Shown here: positions 1 to 18,187 of the stretch, one piece after another
How positions within the stretch are numbered: the first letter of the stretch is position 1
Layout of the letters: each line of letters begins with the position of its first letter
NCBI RefSeq assembly: GCF_009914755.1
Contig: NC_060926.1
DNA: 64,000 nt
Origin: the human T2T-CHM13v2.0 reference genome, Homo sapiens
Direction: 5' to 3' (one strand)
Notes under the pieces: generated by a model
The model's database searches: none
What the model was told of the DNA's origin: nothing
Seen by the model: only the letters and a program-made list of their open reading frames with translations
Program-made: the position numbers and the translations under genes

Positions 1-310
1 GTTTCACTGTCACCTACTGTTCACTTCAAAACCTAGGAGTTCATGACCCTCTGTCTCCCTCACCACCATCCCACGGATCACTAAGTCTCCTTGTTAGCTC
101 TTCTCTTCCAGAAATCATACTAGTCACACTCTGACCCATTCTTTCTAAGACTGAAGTCTAGCACTTAAGAAAATATAAAACAGGCTGTGTGCAGTGGCTC
201 ATGCCTATAACCCCAGTACTTTGGGAGGCCAAGGTGGGAGGATTGCTTGAGCCCAGGAGTTAAAGACCAGCCTGAACAACATAGTGAGACCCCATGTCTA
301 CAAAAAATTA

Positions 311-490
<180 letters not shown>

Positions 491-924
491 TTATTTCAAG
501 AGTCTACATTTGCATAACTAAAAACTGGGCTCCCCAATGCAGGGTGCCCAGTGTCTCTGTCAGCTAATATTGTACTACCCGCTGGACACCTGAAAGTTGT
601 CATTTTCAGGGAAACCAATAAAAACAGGTGTGAAGTCATGTTTAGTCATTTTGAAGTCAGGTGTCTATGTTTGAGGGTTGAATTCTAGAGGCCTCCAGAA
701 ATAAAAGGGGTACAGCCTAGCTCCGAAATGAGTTGGTTACAGAGGTGTCCAGATATAATGATGGTGAATATACCTTGTAATTTAGAATCTAAGGAAGGGT
801 TATTTGGAAGTGGGTAATTAGTCTCAACTAACATTGGTGCCACTTCTCCTTACAGTCTGAGGAAACTGTGGAGGGAGAAGGTGCTCCCAGATGACAGAGC
901 CACTCTCATTCTGCTATACTGATG

Positions 925-1150
925 ATAACAGGTAACATTTATTGAGTACTTGGTGTGTACTAGGCATAGTGCTAAGAGTGCTCGTTCTTTCTTTTATTCC
1001 TCACAACACCACTGTAAATTGAGGCATGTGCAAAACAAGAGGACAGAGAGGCTTAGCAAGGTTAGCTACTTTGTCTAAGGTCACTTAGCTAGAAAGTGCA
1101 AGAGCTGGGATTGGAACCACGACCATGCAACTTCAGAGTCCTAGTACTTA
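925..1150 (+). mobile_element. MIR
   Basis: TAACATTTATTGAGTACTT...TCCTCACAACAC...AAGGTCACTTAGCTAGAAAGT...GCTGGGATTGGAACC. Confidence 0.65.
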
Positions 1151-2392
1151 AGGCATTCAGTCTTTGCTGCCTATAACCACGACTCCACAGTAAGAACCAG
1201 GGTCAGAGAGAAAAGGAGGTGACCCAGGAGGATGATCCATCATAGTCTTGTGGAAGGTAGGGGCCTGGGAATGAACCCAGTCCAAAGGGAGTAAAACTCC
1301 TAGTCCAAACTGTGCCCCCAAAGCTTCTGCATTTGAACGAAGGCCTGAAACAGACATTTACAATAGAGTGAGCCAGTTTGGACTGTTGAAGAGGCTCTGA
1401 GTAGGGAGTTAGCTACCCTGAAGAATAAGGCCAGAAATTTGCCAGTTTCCCAATTTCCGAGTGTCCAATACTGTCGGGGCAAGTTCTTCACCTGCTGCTC
1501 ATCTCCTAATTTAGCCATCCATATGCACAGTTAACAGAAACCTTTGGATTCCAAAAAAACACTGTTATTATATAGTATTCACTTCAACAACCTATTACCC
1601 TTGCAAGCTTCCAAATGACTGAAAATTTTACACTCACTCAGCAATTATTTAAAATTATTTACTGATTCTGTCTCCCAGACACTGTGTCAGATGCTGGAGA
1701 TGTAGTGGTGAACAGGAAAACCAGAGTCCTTGTTTTCATGGCGTAAAGGGGAGAAAGCAGATGGTATTTGAGTAATTTACAAAGTGTAAGGAATGACATG
1801 TTGGGAAAGTATATGAGTCTACACAAATACCTAGCAAAGAGACTTTCCAACTCAGAGGTCAGGGAATGTCTCCTTGAGGAAATTACTTTTAAGTTTAGAC
1901 TTGAAGAAAATAGGCCTTTGCCTATTGACGGGGTAGGTAATATTAATAGAAGGTGAAGAATCAGCTGGGCACGGTGGCTCATGCCTGTAATCTCAGCACT
2001 TTGGGAGGCCAGGGCGCACAGATTGTGTGAGCTCAGGAGTTTGAGACTAGCCTGGGCAACACAGTGAAACACCCATCACTACAAAAAAATTTTTTAAAAA
2101 TTAGCTGGGCAGGGTGGTATGTACCTGTGGTCTCAGCTACTCGAGAGACTGAAGTGGGAGGATCCCTTAAACCCAGGAGGTCAAGGCTACAGTGAGCCAA
2201 GATCACACCACTGCACTCCAGCCTGGGTGACAGAGTGAGACCCTGTCTCAATAAAAAAGAAAAGAAAAGAAAAAGGGTGAGCAATCTAGATGGAAGGAAA
2301 GTAGTCTTGGAGGTGGAGAAACTGCCAGAGAAGAAGAAGAGTGAGATCACCAGTTGGAAAGGAAAATGGGATTCAGGCAGAGTTTTTTTGTG

Positions 2393-2394
<2 letters not shown>

Positions 2395-2423
<29 letters not shown>
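2395..2423. repeat. (TG)n microsatellite
   Basis: Direct reading. Confidence 0.95.
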
Positions 2424-2427
<4 letters not shown>

Positions 2428-3391
2428 AATTTGAGTTGGGGTCTTGCTCTGTTGCCCAGACAGGAGAACAGTGGTGCTATCATAGCTCACTACAGCCTCG
2501 AACTCCTGGCTTAAGTGATCCTCCTGCCTCAGCTTCCCATGTAACTGCGACCATAGGTGCCCCCTAGATAATGTTTTTTGTCGATGGTTTTGCTTTACAA
2601 AATGGGAGAGGTTTGAGCATGCTCATGTCTAATGGGAAGGAGCCAGTTAAGAAGGTGAGACTGACACAGTCTTACCCATAGTAGAACCTTATGCATGGTG
2701 TGAGGTCCCTAAGAAGATATGAGAGAAGAGAATCTAGGGCTCAGGAGCAGCATTTAGATTTAGGAAGGAGAAGAAAACTCTCTTATAACATGCCTGAAGA
2801 AAATGAGGGTTACGGATTTGGATGGGTTTGCCATTTGTTAGTGGGAGTTGGATTCTGTCTTTTCCGGAAAGGAGTGAGATCATCTGCTGAAAGTAAGAGG
2901 GTACATGAGGCATTGGGGACCTGAGGAGAAGGCTTGAAAATAGCCACTGTGAAGGGTTGTGTCTGTGAATTTGGAGGGGCGCTGGTCTGCCCAGGTGTGG
3001 GTTTTTATCCAGCAGCATTCAACAGCCCAAGCGTGGGTAGCTAGAAAGCAAAAAGCTGGAGTCATCCAGGCCCAGGGCTTGCCAGGCAGATGCAATGAAA
3101 AGACAGAGGGGCAAAGGAGTATAGGATATTGGCAAGAGAGTGGGTGAAGTCAGGGGCCATGGAATATAAGTTGGTGCAGAGGGGGAAAAGACAAGAGAGG
3201 GCCAAAAAGAGAGAGCACGAATGGGTCCATGGACTAGAGAGCAGAGAACTAGGGAAGTGGGAATAACTGAGCAGCTCTGCTGTAAATATACACTGAATCT
3301 GATCACCTTCTACCATCTCCACTGCTACCAACCTGTTATAAACTACGATCATCTCTCTCCTGGACCACTGAAATGGCTTCTTCCTTCTTGA

Positions 3392-3806
<415 letters not shown>

Positions 3807-4081
3807 TGATGCACTGAAGAGAACACAACATCAGTTTTGTGGTTTTCCTGACAAAAATGCATATCTGGTTAGAATCACGAGGAAACATCAGACAAACCAA
3901 AATGGAAGACCATTCTACAGAATGACTGCATTCTAAAAATGTCAAGGTTGGCTGGGGGTGGTGGCTCACCTCTGGAATTCCAGCACTTTAGGAGGCTCAG
4001 GTGGGAAGATCACTTGAGGCCAGGAGTTTGAGAGCAGCCTGGGCAAGACAGTGAGACCTAATATCTACAAAAAAAAATTTA

Positions 4082-4237
<156 letters not shown>

Positions 4238-4486
4238 TCAAAGTTGGGAAGACAAAGAAAGACAGAGGAACTGGTCTAGATTAAAAGTGACTAAAGAGAT
4301 AATAATGAAATACAGTGGCCTGGTGCAGTGACTCATGACTGTAATCCCAGCACTTTGGTAGTCCGAGGAGGGAGGATCATGAGGTCAGGAGATCGAGGCC
4401 ATCCTGACCAACATGGTGAAACCCCAACTCTACTAAAAATACAAAAATTAGCCTGGCGTGATGGCACGCACCTGTGGTCCCAGCTA

Positions 4487-4792
<306 letters not shown>

Positions 4793-5965
4793 TTAGGACA
4801 TACGTGAAGTGTATTTAGGAGTGAGAGGACACAATCATCTGCAATTTACTCTCAAATGATTGAGAAAAAACTGTGTATATAAAATGTGTGTGGTGTGTGT
4901 GCATGTGAGAAAGAGATAATTATGAAAGGAATGAGGGTAAAATGTAAACAGTTGGTGAATTTGAGTAAAGGGTATATGGGAAAAGTTACCACTCCAAAAA
5001 AAAGTAATCAATCATGTTAGTTCCCTGGTTGCAACTCATCAATGTCTTCCCATGACACTAAAATGAAAACTCCTCATTAGGGCCTACAACATCCCTGAAA
5101 TATGCAGCCTGCTTATTTTTATTTATCTCTTTGGCCTCATCTCCTTTCATTCTGTTCTTTGATCACAGCCTTCCAGCCACACAGATTTTCTTTCTGATTC
5201 TGGAGCACTTTAAGCTCATTCTTGGCTCCAGGCCTTAGGACTTCTGTCTCCCTCTGTCTGAAATACTCTTCTTCCAATTCACAGGGTTCATTCCTTGTCA
5301 TTCAGGTTGGAGTACTTGTATTACTTCCTCAAAGGAGCCCTCCCCAGCCATCATTCTAACGTTGCCCCATCTCTCTATCCAAAACTTTTCAGCATACCAA
5401 TTATTTACCCATGTCTGCCTCCTCCGGTAGACGGTAAACCTCCAAGAGCAGGATCTGTGTGGTCTTATGCATCACCCTCAATCAAGAGCAGGATCTATTT
5501 CCTCTTCTGCATCATCCCATCTCCTGCACCTCATTCAGTATAAGAGGACATGCTCAGGGCCGGGCGCAGTGGCTCATGCCTGTAATCCCAGCACTTTGGG
5601 AGGCCAACGCAGTAGGATTTCCCTGAGGTCAGGAGTTGAAGACCACTCTGCCCAACATGGTGAAACCCTGTTTCTACTAAAAAATACAAAATTAGCCTGG
5701 TGTGGTGGCAGGCGCCTGTAGTCCCAGCTACTCTGGAGGCTGAGGCATGAGAGTCGCTTGAACCCAGGGGGACAGAGGTTGCAGTGAGCTGAGATCGCAC
5801 CACCGCACTCCAGCCTGAGCAACAAGTGAAAACTGTCTCAAAAAAAAAAAAAAAGACATGCTCAATAAATCGTTTCTGAAGTCATAAACAAACAAGGAAG
5901 GAGACTGTGAACAGAGAGTATATTAGTGAAGGAAGCGGACCAGTGCTGATGAGCTCCACGTGTTA

Positions 5966-6294
<329 letters not shown>

Positions 6295-6505
6295 TCATGC
6301 GCAGTGGAGATAGCTCCTTAAATGATGAATGGGCCGGGCGCGGTGGCTCATGCCTGTAATCCCAGCACTTTGGGAGTCCGAGGCGGGCGGATCACCAGGC
6401 CAGGAGTTTGAGACTGGCCTGGTCAACATGGTGAAACCCTGTCTCTACTGAAAATACAAAAATTAGCCTGGCATGGTGGCGGGTGCCTGTAATCCCAGCT
6501 ACTCA

Positions 6506-6706
<201 letters not shown>

Positions 6707-7505
6707 TTATGTCCCTCCCTTCCCTGGAAGCTGGAAAAGAAGCTGCCAGGGATGAACACCTTTGCTTCTCCTCATCCTTGGAAACCATTAAAACTGCGTC
6801 TGAATCTTTGCTGCACTCCTAGAGTATGGACTGGAAAATAGCCCAGGGGAGTCAAAATCCTGACTTTGATTCACAAACATGCTTGAAAGAAAAAAGAAAG
6901 GAAGGAAGGAAAAGAGAAATTGTGGCTGTGACCTAACCATAGCCAAAAAAATCTCTTTGACTTCCAGTGGTTTGGTATTAATGGAAGCCTTTTATCTTCA
7001 GCACTTTGTCCTTGTGCTGCCAAGTGGAGGAAGGGAAAGTGCAGAAAGCTCTGTCTGCATAATCATGTGCCTGCTGGCCCTCCCCAAATCCAGAGCCATG
7101 TGAAGGCTCACCCTCCTGGTTCTGGGAGGCCCCAGGCTAGCATGAGAAATCAGTGGGAAAATGTTCCTTCAGATGTCAAATCCCACCTTCTCTCAGAAAA
7201 GAAAGACATAAATAAAGCCGCAGGCAAGGACAGGCAGGCCCTTAGGTTGCTTATGCGAGCATTCTAAAAATCTCCTCATCAATGCTTAGCCTAGATTTCA
7301 CAGACCAAATGCCAATATGTTTTGCCCTAAAACACAGTTTATAAAATTAAGAGATCCTTTCCCAGGGGACCTCAGCCTCATGGCCTCTGTATCTCTTGTT
7401 AGGACCACTTTCAAGGAGGAATAATTTACTCAAAAGTGCATTTTAGGCCAGGCATGGTGGCTCACGCCTGTAATCCCACTTTGGGAGGCCGAGGCAGGCA
7501 GATCA

Positions 7506-7742
<237 letters not shown>

Positions 7743-7798
7743 TTACCCTGCGGCTCCCTCCAAATAATTACCTTTTCTCCCATTTTCTATAAGAATTA

Positions 7799-8123
<325 letters not shown>

Positions 8124-8670
8124 TTATTTTGGAATAATACTAGATTTACAGAAACGATGCAAAGATAGTACAGAAAGTTCCATATAGCTCTTGTTCATTT
8201 TCTCTTGTTAACATATTACTATGGTACATTTGATTCCATTCATTGTTCTGTTACTATTAACTAAACTTGGCACTTTGCTCAGATAGTTTTTCCCTAATGA
8301 CCCTTTTTCTGTTCCAGATTCCATCCAGGATACCACGTTACATTTAGTCATCATGTCTGGTCAGATACTTTGTAAAATGTCCCTCAAATTTGGATTGTCT
8401 GGTGTTTTCCTCACATGTAGATTGGGATTATGGGTTTTCAGAAAGAACACCTCAGAGCTGAAGAGCCCTTCTCATCATATCAGGGTAGATGACATACACA
8501 TGGCATCACTGGTAATGTTAACCTTCACTGCTTGGTTAAGGCAGGGTTTGCCAGCTTTCTCCATTGTAAAGTTACTGTTTCTCCTTTTCTGTAATCTGTT
8601 CTTTGGAAGCAACTCCCCCTAAGTCTAGTCTACCCTCAAAAAGGTAGAAAGGGAATTGGGAGGGAATTAA

Positions 8671-9399
<729 letters not shown>

Positions 9400-9755
9400 T
9401 AATGGCTGGGCACAGTGCCTCACACCTGTAATGCCAGCACTTTGGGAGGCCAAGGCAGGTGAGTGGCTTTGAGCTCAGGAGTTTGAGACCAGCCTGGGCA
9501 ACATGGCGAGACCCCTGCCTCTATTTTAAAAAGTACAAAAATTAGCTGGGCATTGGTGGCTTGTGCCTGTAGTCCTGGCTACACAGGAGGCTGGAGAATT
9601 ACTTGAGCCCAGGAGGCTGAGGTTGCAGTGAGCTGAGATTGTGCCACCTGGGTGACAGAGTAAGACCTAGTCTCAAAAAATAAAATAAAATAAAATAAAA
9701 TAAAATAATAATTTTTATTCATTAATGTATTTATGTCAGCCTGAACTCATGTTTA

Positions 9756-10926
<1,171 letters not shown>

Positions 10927-11330
10927 TACTCATTTGATACTTCGGGTTATAATCCAATACTATGTTGTTTATTTTGTTATTCAAATTGATCCAGTTTTGG
11001 CCATCGGGAGCTCTTTCAAGTTGGTCCTTGCATCTCTTTGACATGCACACATTCTTGTAAAATGTTAAAAACATACAAATGAAAGATAATCACTTATCTT
11101 TGGAGGCACTTTATTTTTAATGTTACATACATGGGGCTGCACTCGGTGTCTCATGCCTGTAATCCCAGCACTTTGGGAGGCCAAGGCAGGAGGAGTCCTT
11201 GAGACTAGGAGTTCACGACTAGGCTGGGCAACATAGCAAGACCTCATCTCTAACAAAAAAGCAAAAAACAAAACCCCAAAAAACATTACATACATGCACT
11301 TGGCATCCTCCAGTGGCAATCCTCCAGTGA

Positions 11331-11597
<267 letters not shown>

Positions 11598-11895
11598 TGA
11601 TCCGCCCGCCTCAGCTTCCCAAAGTGCTGAGATTACAGGCGTGAGCCACCGCACCCAGTTGCCAAGATGTCATTTTAAAACATAATGTTTCCCTGATCTG
11701 ATTGTGCCATTATAATGAGTTATGATTTACCTTTAATTACCTCGATTATTTTACTTGTTAAAAAATTTACGTTTGTGGGCCGGGTGTGGTGGCTCACACC
11801 TGTAATCCCAGCACTTTGGGAGGCCGAGGCGGGTGGATCACGAAGTCAGGAGATCAGACCATCCTGGCGAACATGGTGAAACCCCATCTTTACTA

Positions 11896-12105
<210 letters not shown>

Positions 12106-12437
12106 TCACAACAGTAATCCTAGCACTTTGGGAGGACAAGGCAGGAAGATCACTTGAGCTCAGGAGTTCAACAGCAGCCTGAGTAACATAGTGCGACCTC
12201 GTCTCTACAAAAACATACAAAAATCAGCCAGCTGTGGTGGCATGCGCCTGTAGTCCTAGCTACTCAGGAGACTGAGGTGGGAGGATCTCTTGAGCCCAGA
12301 AGGTAGAGGCCAGTGAGCTGTGATCATGCCACTGCACTCCAGCCTGGGCAACAGAGCAAGACCCTGTCTCAAAAAAAAATTTACACTTATAATCTGGATT
12401 CATTGTAGGAAAATTCAGATAAGAAATAGGAGAAATT

Positions 12438-12727
12438 GCCAGGCATGATGGTACTCATCTGTAATCCCAGCTACTAAAGAGGCTGAGGCAGGAGGATCAT
12501 TTGAGCCTAGGAGTTTATACTGTAGTATGCTATGTCTGTTGGATGTCTGCACTAAGTTCAGCATCAGTATGGTGACCTCCCAGGAGCGGGGGACCACCAG
12601 GTTGCCTAAGGAGTGGTGAACACAGATTGGAAACAGAGCAGGTCAAAACTCTTGTGTTGATCAAGAGTGGGATCATGCCCGTGAATAGCCACTGCACTCC
12701 ACCCTGGGCAACATAGTGAGACCCTGT
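12438..12727 (+). pseudogene. 7SL (SRP) RNA retropseudogene
   Basis: Alu-domain ends enclose the 7SL S domain (GCACTAAGTTCAGCATCAGTATGGTGACCTCCCAGGAGCGGGGGACCACCAGGTTGCCTAAGGAG...GAGCAGGTCAAAACT), followed by a GA-rich tail. Confidence 0.92.
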
Positions 12728-12846
12728 GAAAGAAAGAGAGAAAGAGAGAGAGAGAGAGAGAGAAGAAAGGAAGAAAAAGAAAGGAATGGAAGAGGAGGGG
12801 CGGGGAGGGGAAGCAAAGTGGGGAGGAAGGAAGGAAGTATCCATAA

Positions 12847-13089
<243 letters not shown>

Positions 13090-13315
13090 TGAACTCCTGA
13101 CCTCAGGTGATCCACCCATCTTGGCCTCCCAAAGTGCTGGGATTACAGGCGTGAGACACCCTGGCTGGCCGTTAATTGCTTTTGTTTTTGACTCCAGGCT
13201 GGAGTGCAGTGGCATAATCTCAGCTCACTGCAACTTTGACATCCCAGGCTCAAGCAATCCTCTGCCCTCAGCCTTCTGAGTAGCTTGGACTACAGGTGCA
13301 TGCCACCATGCCTAG

Positions 13316-13507
<192 letters not shown>

Positions 13508-13556
13508 TAGTGTGTGTGACTCTGCATATCACTTACATATATATGTATATTTTTGA

Positions 13557-13667
<111 letters not shown>

Positions 13668-13671
13668 TGAG

Positions 13672-13672
<1 letters not shown>

Positions 13673-13712
<40 letters not shown>

Positions 13713-13958
13713 TATATACACATACATATATACATGTATATACATATACGTATATACATATACATATATACACATACATATATATTTTATAAATATATGT
13801 ATATAATATATACATATATAACATATAAATATATGTATACAAATATATGTATACATACATATATATGTATATAAAATATATATTTGTATATAAAATGTAT
13901 ATATGTATGTGTATATATGTATGTATATGTAAATACGTATACATACATATATATATAT
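13673..13958. repeat. (CA)n followed by degenerate (TA/TACA/TATG)n microsatellite
   Basis: Direct reading. Confidence 0.95.
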
Positions 13959-14295
13959 AAATTTTTTTTTTGATGGAGTCTTGCTCTGTCACCCAGGCTG
14001 GAGTGCAGTGGCGCGATCTCCGCTCACTGCAATCTCTGCCTCCTGGGTTCCAGCAATTCTCTGCTTCAGCCTCCCGAGTAGCTGGGATTACCGGCGCCCA
14101 CCACCATGCCTGGCTAATTTTTGTATTTTTAGTAGAGGCAGGGTTTCACCATGTTGGCCAGGCTGGTCTCGAACTCCTGACCCATGATCCACCCGCCTTG
14201 GCCTCCCAAAGTGCTGGGATTACAGGCATGAACCACCGTGCCCGGCCCACTTACCAATATATTGTTAGAGCTTTCCCACGTCACTATATACATTT

Positions 14296-15803
14296 TTTTT
14301 TAATGCAAACAGTCTTTATTATGAGAAAACAGTGTTATCTAGGAAAGTCACATGCTGGTTTCTTTCTAATAAAATGACAAAGCAGGTTTCTTAAATAATT
14401 TACAAAGAGCAAAAATTGTTCTTGAACAGGCACACCCACAGTGCTCTGCATTTAGCATATACATAGGTACCCGTGAGCCCAGGGTCTTAAGCCTGGAAAT
14501 ATCTCCTATGCCTTCCTACGAGTCCCTGGTAGGGAAAGCAGGGATGAGAGTGGGGCCCCCAAGAGCCTTGGCACCGGAAACACAGTGGGTGAGTGACTCT
14601 GCAGATGACTCCCCAACAACCAGGCACCTGGGTACACAGCTAAGAGCTCTCTAACATCTGATGCTAGCACTTCACGTTGTAGATGAGGCAAATACAAGGC
14701 TCAAGGTCAAGTGTATGATGAGTTTCTAAGCTCAAGAGTCCCCTGGGAAAGTGGAAGGAACAATTCTCCCCACCTCTGCAAGGTCTCCCCAAGACACTCT
14801 CAGGCTATGGCAGGCAGTCACTGATGGATCCAGATGTGGCCAGAGCCAGGGGGCTCTGGGCTCCTTGTTAGTCAGGTCCTTGTTAGCAGTGGCCCAGGGG
14901 TACTGATGACTCCTGGGGGCTTCCTCCAGGAAGCTCATGGGGAAGCACAGACATCCTTGGGTATGAAGCCTTGGCAATCAGACAAGGCTTGTTTCCTGCA
15001 GGCCACTTACTCAGCCATGAATGAGAGAGATGATGTCACCACTCTCTTCCGCCATAATGGCTTCATCTAGCTCTTGGGACAGCTTCTGGAGATGCTGAAT
15101 TCCCACCCCCATAGGCTCTAGGTCACTGCCAGACTGGCTGGGAGAGCAGAGTGGCTCTGTTGAGGAGTAGGGGCTCCAGAAGGCAGCCTCCTGCATCGAC
15201 TGTCATAATGGGTAGGCATGGGAGCCTATCCGGGCGGAGAGGCAGTTATGCTCCTTCTCCCAGGGGTCTGTGGGCTGAGTGGGCAGGGGCATCTCCAGAT
15301 AGCCGGGTGCTCTTCTGGCTCAGGCTGTGAGCTGGGGAGCCACTGCCCTTCTGTGCCCGTCTCTTCCTCCTCCTGGCCTTCACCTGGGTCTCCACCAGCC
15401 ACTTGGTGCCACTTTGGCAGGACTCCTGGATTCTCTGGGACATGGCACCCAAGGCACTCTTAGCTGAGTGAGCCGTAGCCTGGAGGCCCTGCTGCCCTGG
15501 CTCTGGGGTTTCCAAGCATTTGCAGGAAGGGCCTGCACGGAAGTTGAGGTTGATGGCTCTCAGAGGCAGCCTCCATTGGAACTGTCTGCACAGGGACCCC
15601 AGGGACCCGCGGAGTTCTCCTGATGGCTGGTCACGGGCTGCAGCTCCTTGCATCCTCCAGCTGCTCCTGGTGCTGGAGACATCTCCGGTGCACGGAGGTC
15701 CCCATTCTCTGCCACCAAGAAGCCATCTGCCTGGCCAAGAGTCTTCTCTGCCCACTAGACCCCGACACAACCAACGCCAATCACACCCCGAGCATAGCTG
15801 CCC
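14296..15803 (-). pseudogene. Processed pseudogene of PIMREG (FAM64A), full length with UTRs
   Basis: Minus-strand frames give LGSLCRQFQWRLPLRAINLNFRAGP...ESCQSGTKWLVETQVKARRRKR and SPYSSTEPLCSP...LQKLSQELDEAIMAEE, matching PIMREG. Intronless with several frameshifts; native ATG at 15726, stop at 15011, AATAAA at 14320-14315, residual A-tail. 14-bp TSD CACTATATACATTT at 14282-14295 and 15804-15817. Confidence 0.93.
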
Positions 15804-16239
15804 CACTATATACATTTAATGGATATTTAACTCCCTTTCTACTGTTTTTTTGTGTGATTATAAACATCCTTGTATATATTTAAATCATTAATTTGTGCCA
15901 TAGCAACTAAACCAAGCTTGTTTCCAGACTGTAAAGGTTTGCAAATTCCAGCTTCCTAAGTCTTTACTGAAATAATTCAGCATGATTTTTAAATTTACTT
16001 ATAGTGCCTACCTTATAGCCTGCATTGTGGTAAAAACCAAAGCAGCTGAAGAATGATCCCTGCTTATGATGTAAAAATGGAGGCAGAAGACCTAAATCTA
16101 AGGCAATATACAATTTAATGTGACAAAATTATGATATAGAGGGTATGTAATTGCTGAAGGAATTCCAAAGAAAAAATAAATAAATTCTGACTTAGCTAAT
16201 GTTGGCATCACATGATTGTTTTATATGTGGTGAAGACTG

Positions 16240-16506
16240 TCGGTGCTCACCAGTGACTGTGTTCTTTTCTTCTTCCTGGCCTACAGCCAGAGTCCCTCTT
16301 CCAGCCTCCAGTGCAGTTAGGTATGACCATGTGACTGTTCTGGCCCGTGGAATGTGAGCAAGAGTGATGGGCACCACTTCTAGGTCCATAAAAACCTCTC
16401 AAGCACAATCCTCACTCTTTGGCCATCCCTTCTCTTGCTGAATGGAGAGGACAAAGAAAGGGACAAACAAAAGGGTGGAACCACAGTTGGAAAAAAGCCT
16501 TTGTCC
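16240..16506 (+). mobile_element. MLT1 (I/J-like) MaLR LTR fragment
   Basis: CCAGCCTCCAGTGCAGTTAGGTATGACCATGTGACTGTTCTGGCCCGTGGAATGTGAGCAAGAGTGATG motif. Confidence 0.65.
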
Positions 16507-16645
16507 TTCAAGCAGTTCTCCTGCCTCAGCATCCTGAGTAGCTGGGACTACAGATGTGTGCCACCACACTGGTTGGGCCTTAGTTTCATTATCTGTAAAA
16601 TGCAGGGTGGGCCTAGATGGTAGCTAAAGGCAGTTACAGTTCTAA

Positions 16646-16819
<174 letters not shown>

Positions 16820-17477
16820 TAAATTTCCTGTGATTCTCACTCTAACCACGTGAAGTCAGCAGGACAAATATTATCTCTCTTTTACAGATCTGCTAATCAA
16901 GTCCTCAGAGATAAGTCTGTCCCCAAGGGGAATGAGGCCTAAAAGCACCTCATGGGCTAAGGATGGAGTGGTGGAGCAGTGTAGAAGATTGTGGGGCTTT
17001 AAAAATTCATTCTTTCTGAAAAATAAAGGGAAACTCAAATGAGAGATCCCACCTTGCAAAAAATTTATCTTTCTCTAAACCTACTATACACAGGATGACT
17101 TCAGCACTATTTTTATCAGACAGAATCATATCAGTGTGAACCAAGAAGTCCTAAAAGGAATAATAAATCACACATAGGCAGCTGCAGCCAGAATTATCCT
17201 AATCCAGGGATAATTCTGTCCAATAAACTTAAAGGATTGCCTCGAAGTTCCAGAACATGTTAGCAGTAGAGCTAGACAGAAACCCAGCCTTCTATCCCCA
17301 GGACTGGGCACTCTTATCATGTCGAAAGGCTGCAGGGGTAAGGCCACGGTTGAGGACATCTCAATTTTCCCTTGGTAGCCATTCATGACTGATGCAAAGC
17401 CCTAGAGTCATTGTAAGCTTTGCCACACAACTCTGCCATATAGTACATTTTTTACTACGGCAAGCAACCTCTATGAA

Positions 17478-17599
17478 GTTCTTTCTTCTTTCCTTCCTTC
17501 CCTCCCTCCCTCCTTTTTCTTTGTTTTTCTTTCGCTTTATTTCCCTCTTTCTTTCTTTCTTTCTTCTTTCTTTTCTTTCTTTCCTTTCTCTCTCTTTTC

Positions 17600-17683
<84 letters not shown>

Positions 17684-17748
17684 GTTTCTCTCTGTCTTTC
17701 CCTTTCTTTCTTTCCCTCTTTCTTCCTTTCTTTCCTTTTCTTTCTTTC
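17478..17748. repeat. Polypyrimidine / (TTTC)n repeat grown from an Alu tail
   Basis: Direct reading; abuts a minus-strand Alu. Confidence 0.95.
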
Positions 17749-18187
17749 GACAGTGTCTTGCTCTGTCGCCCAGGCTGGAGTGCAGTGGCGCCGTCATAGC
17801 TCAGTGCAGCGTCAACCTCCCAGGCGCAAGCTGTCCTCCCACCTCAGCCTCCCGAATAGGTGGGCTAATTTTTGTATTTTTTATAGAGATGGGGTCTTAT
17901 TATGTTGCCTAGGCTGGTCTCAAACTTCTGACCTCAGGTGATCCTCCCATCTCAGCCTCCCAGATTGCTGAGATTACAGGCATGAGCCACTATGCTGGGC
18001 CAGACTCTTTACTTTCCACACTTCTCCGCAATTTGATCATTCAAACCTGTGTGCTGAATGATGCCTGCGGAAGGTTGAATATTGTATCTGCTAAATGCTT
18101 CTCTTAGCTAGGATTTGGAGTCTAGTGAGCATGTGTCAAGCTGGCAACATTCAATGTCATCCTCCTTCACTGATAACTCAGCTGCCT

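Noticed and set aside
5443-5517. Degenerate 40-bp tandem duplication (CAAGAGCAGGATCT twice)
   Set aside because: Only two copies within an old L2-like relic; ordinary slippage, not an array.
12438-12727. Functional 7SL gene
   Set aside because: Heavy CpG decay, an internal deletion and a purine-rich tail instead of a T-run terminator.
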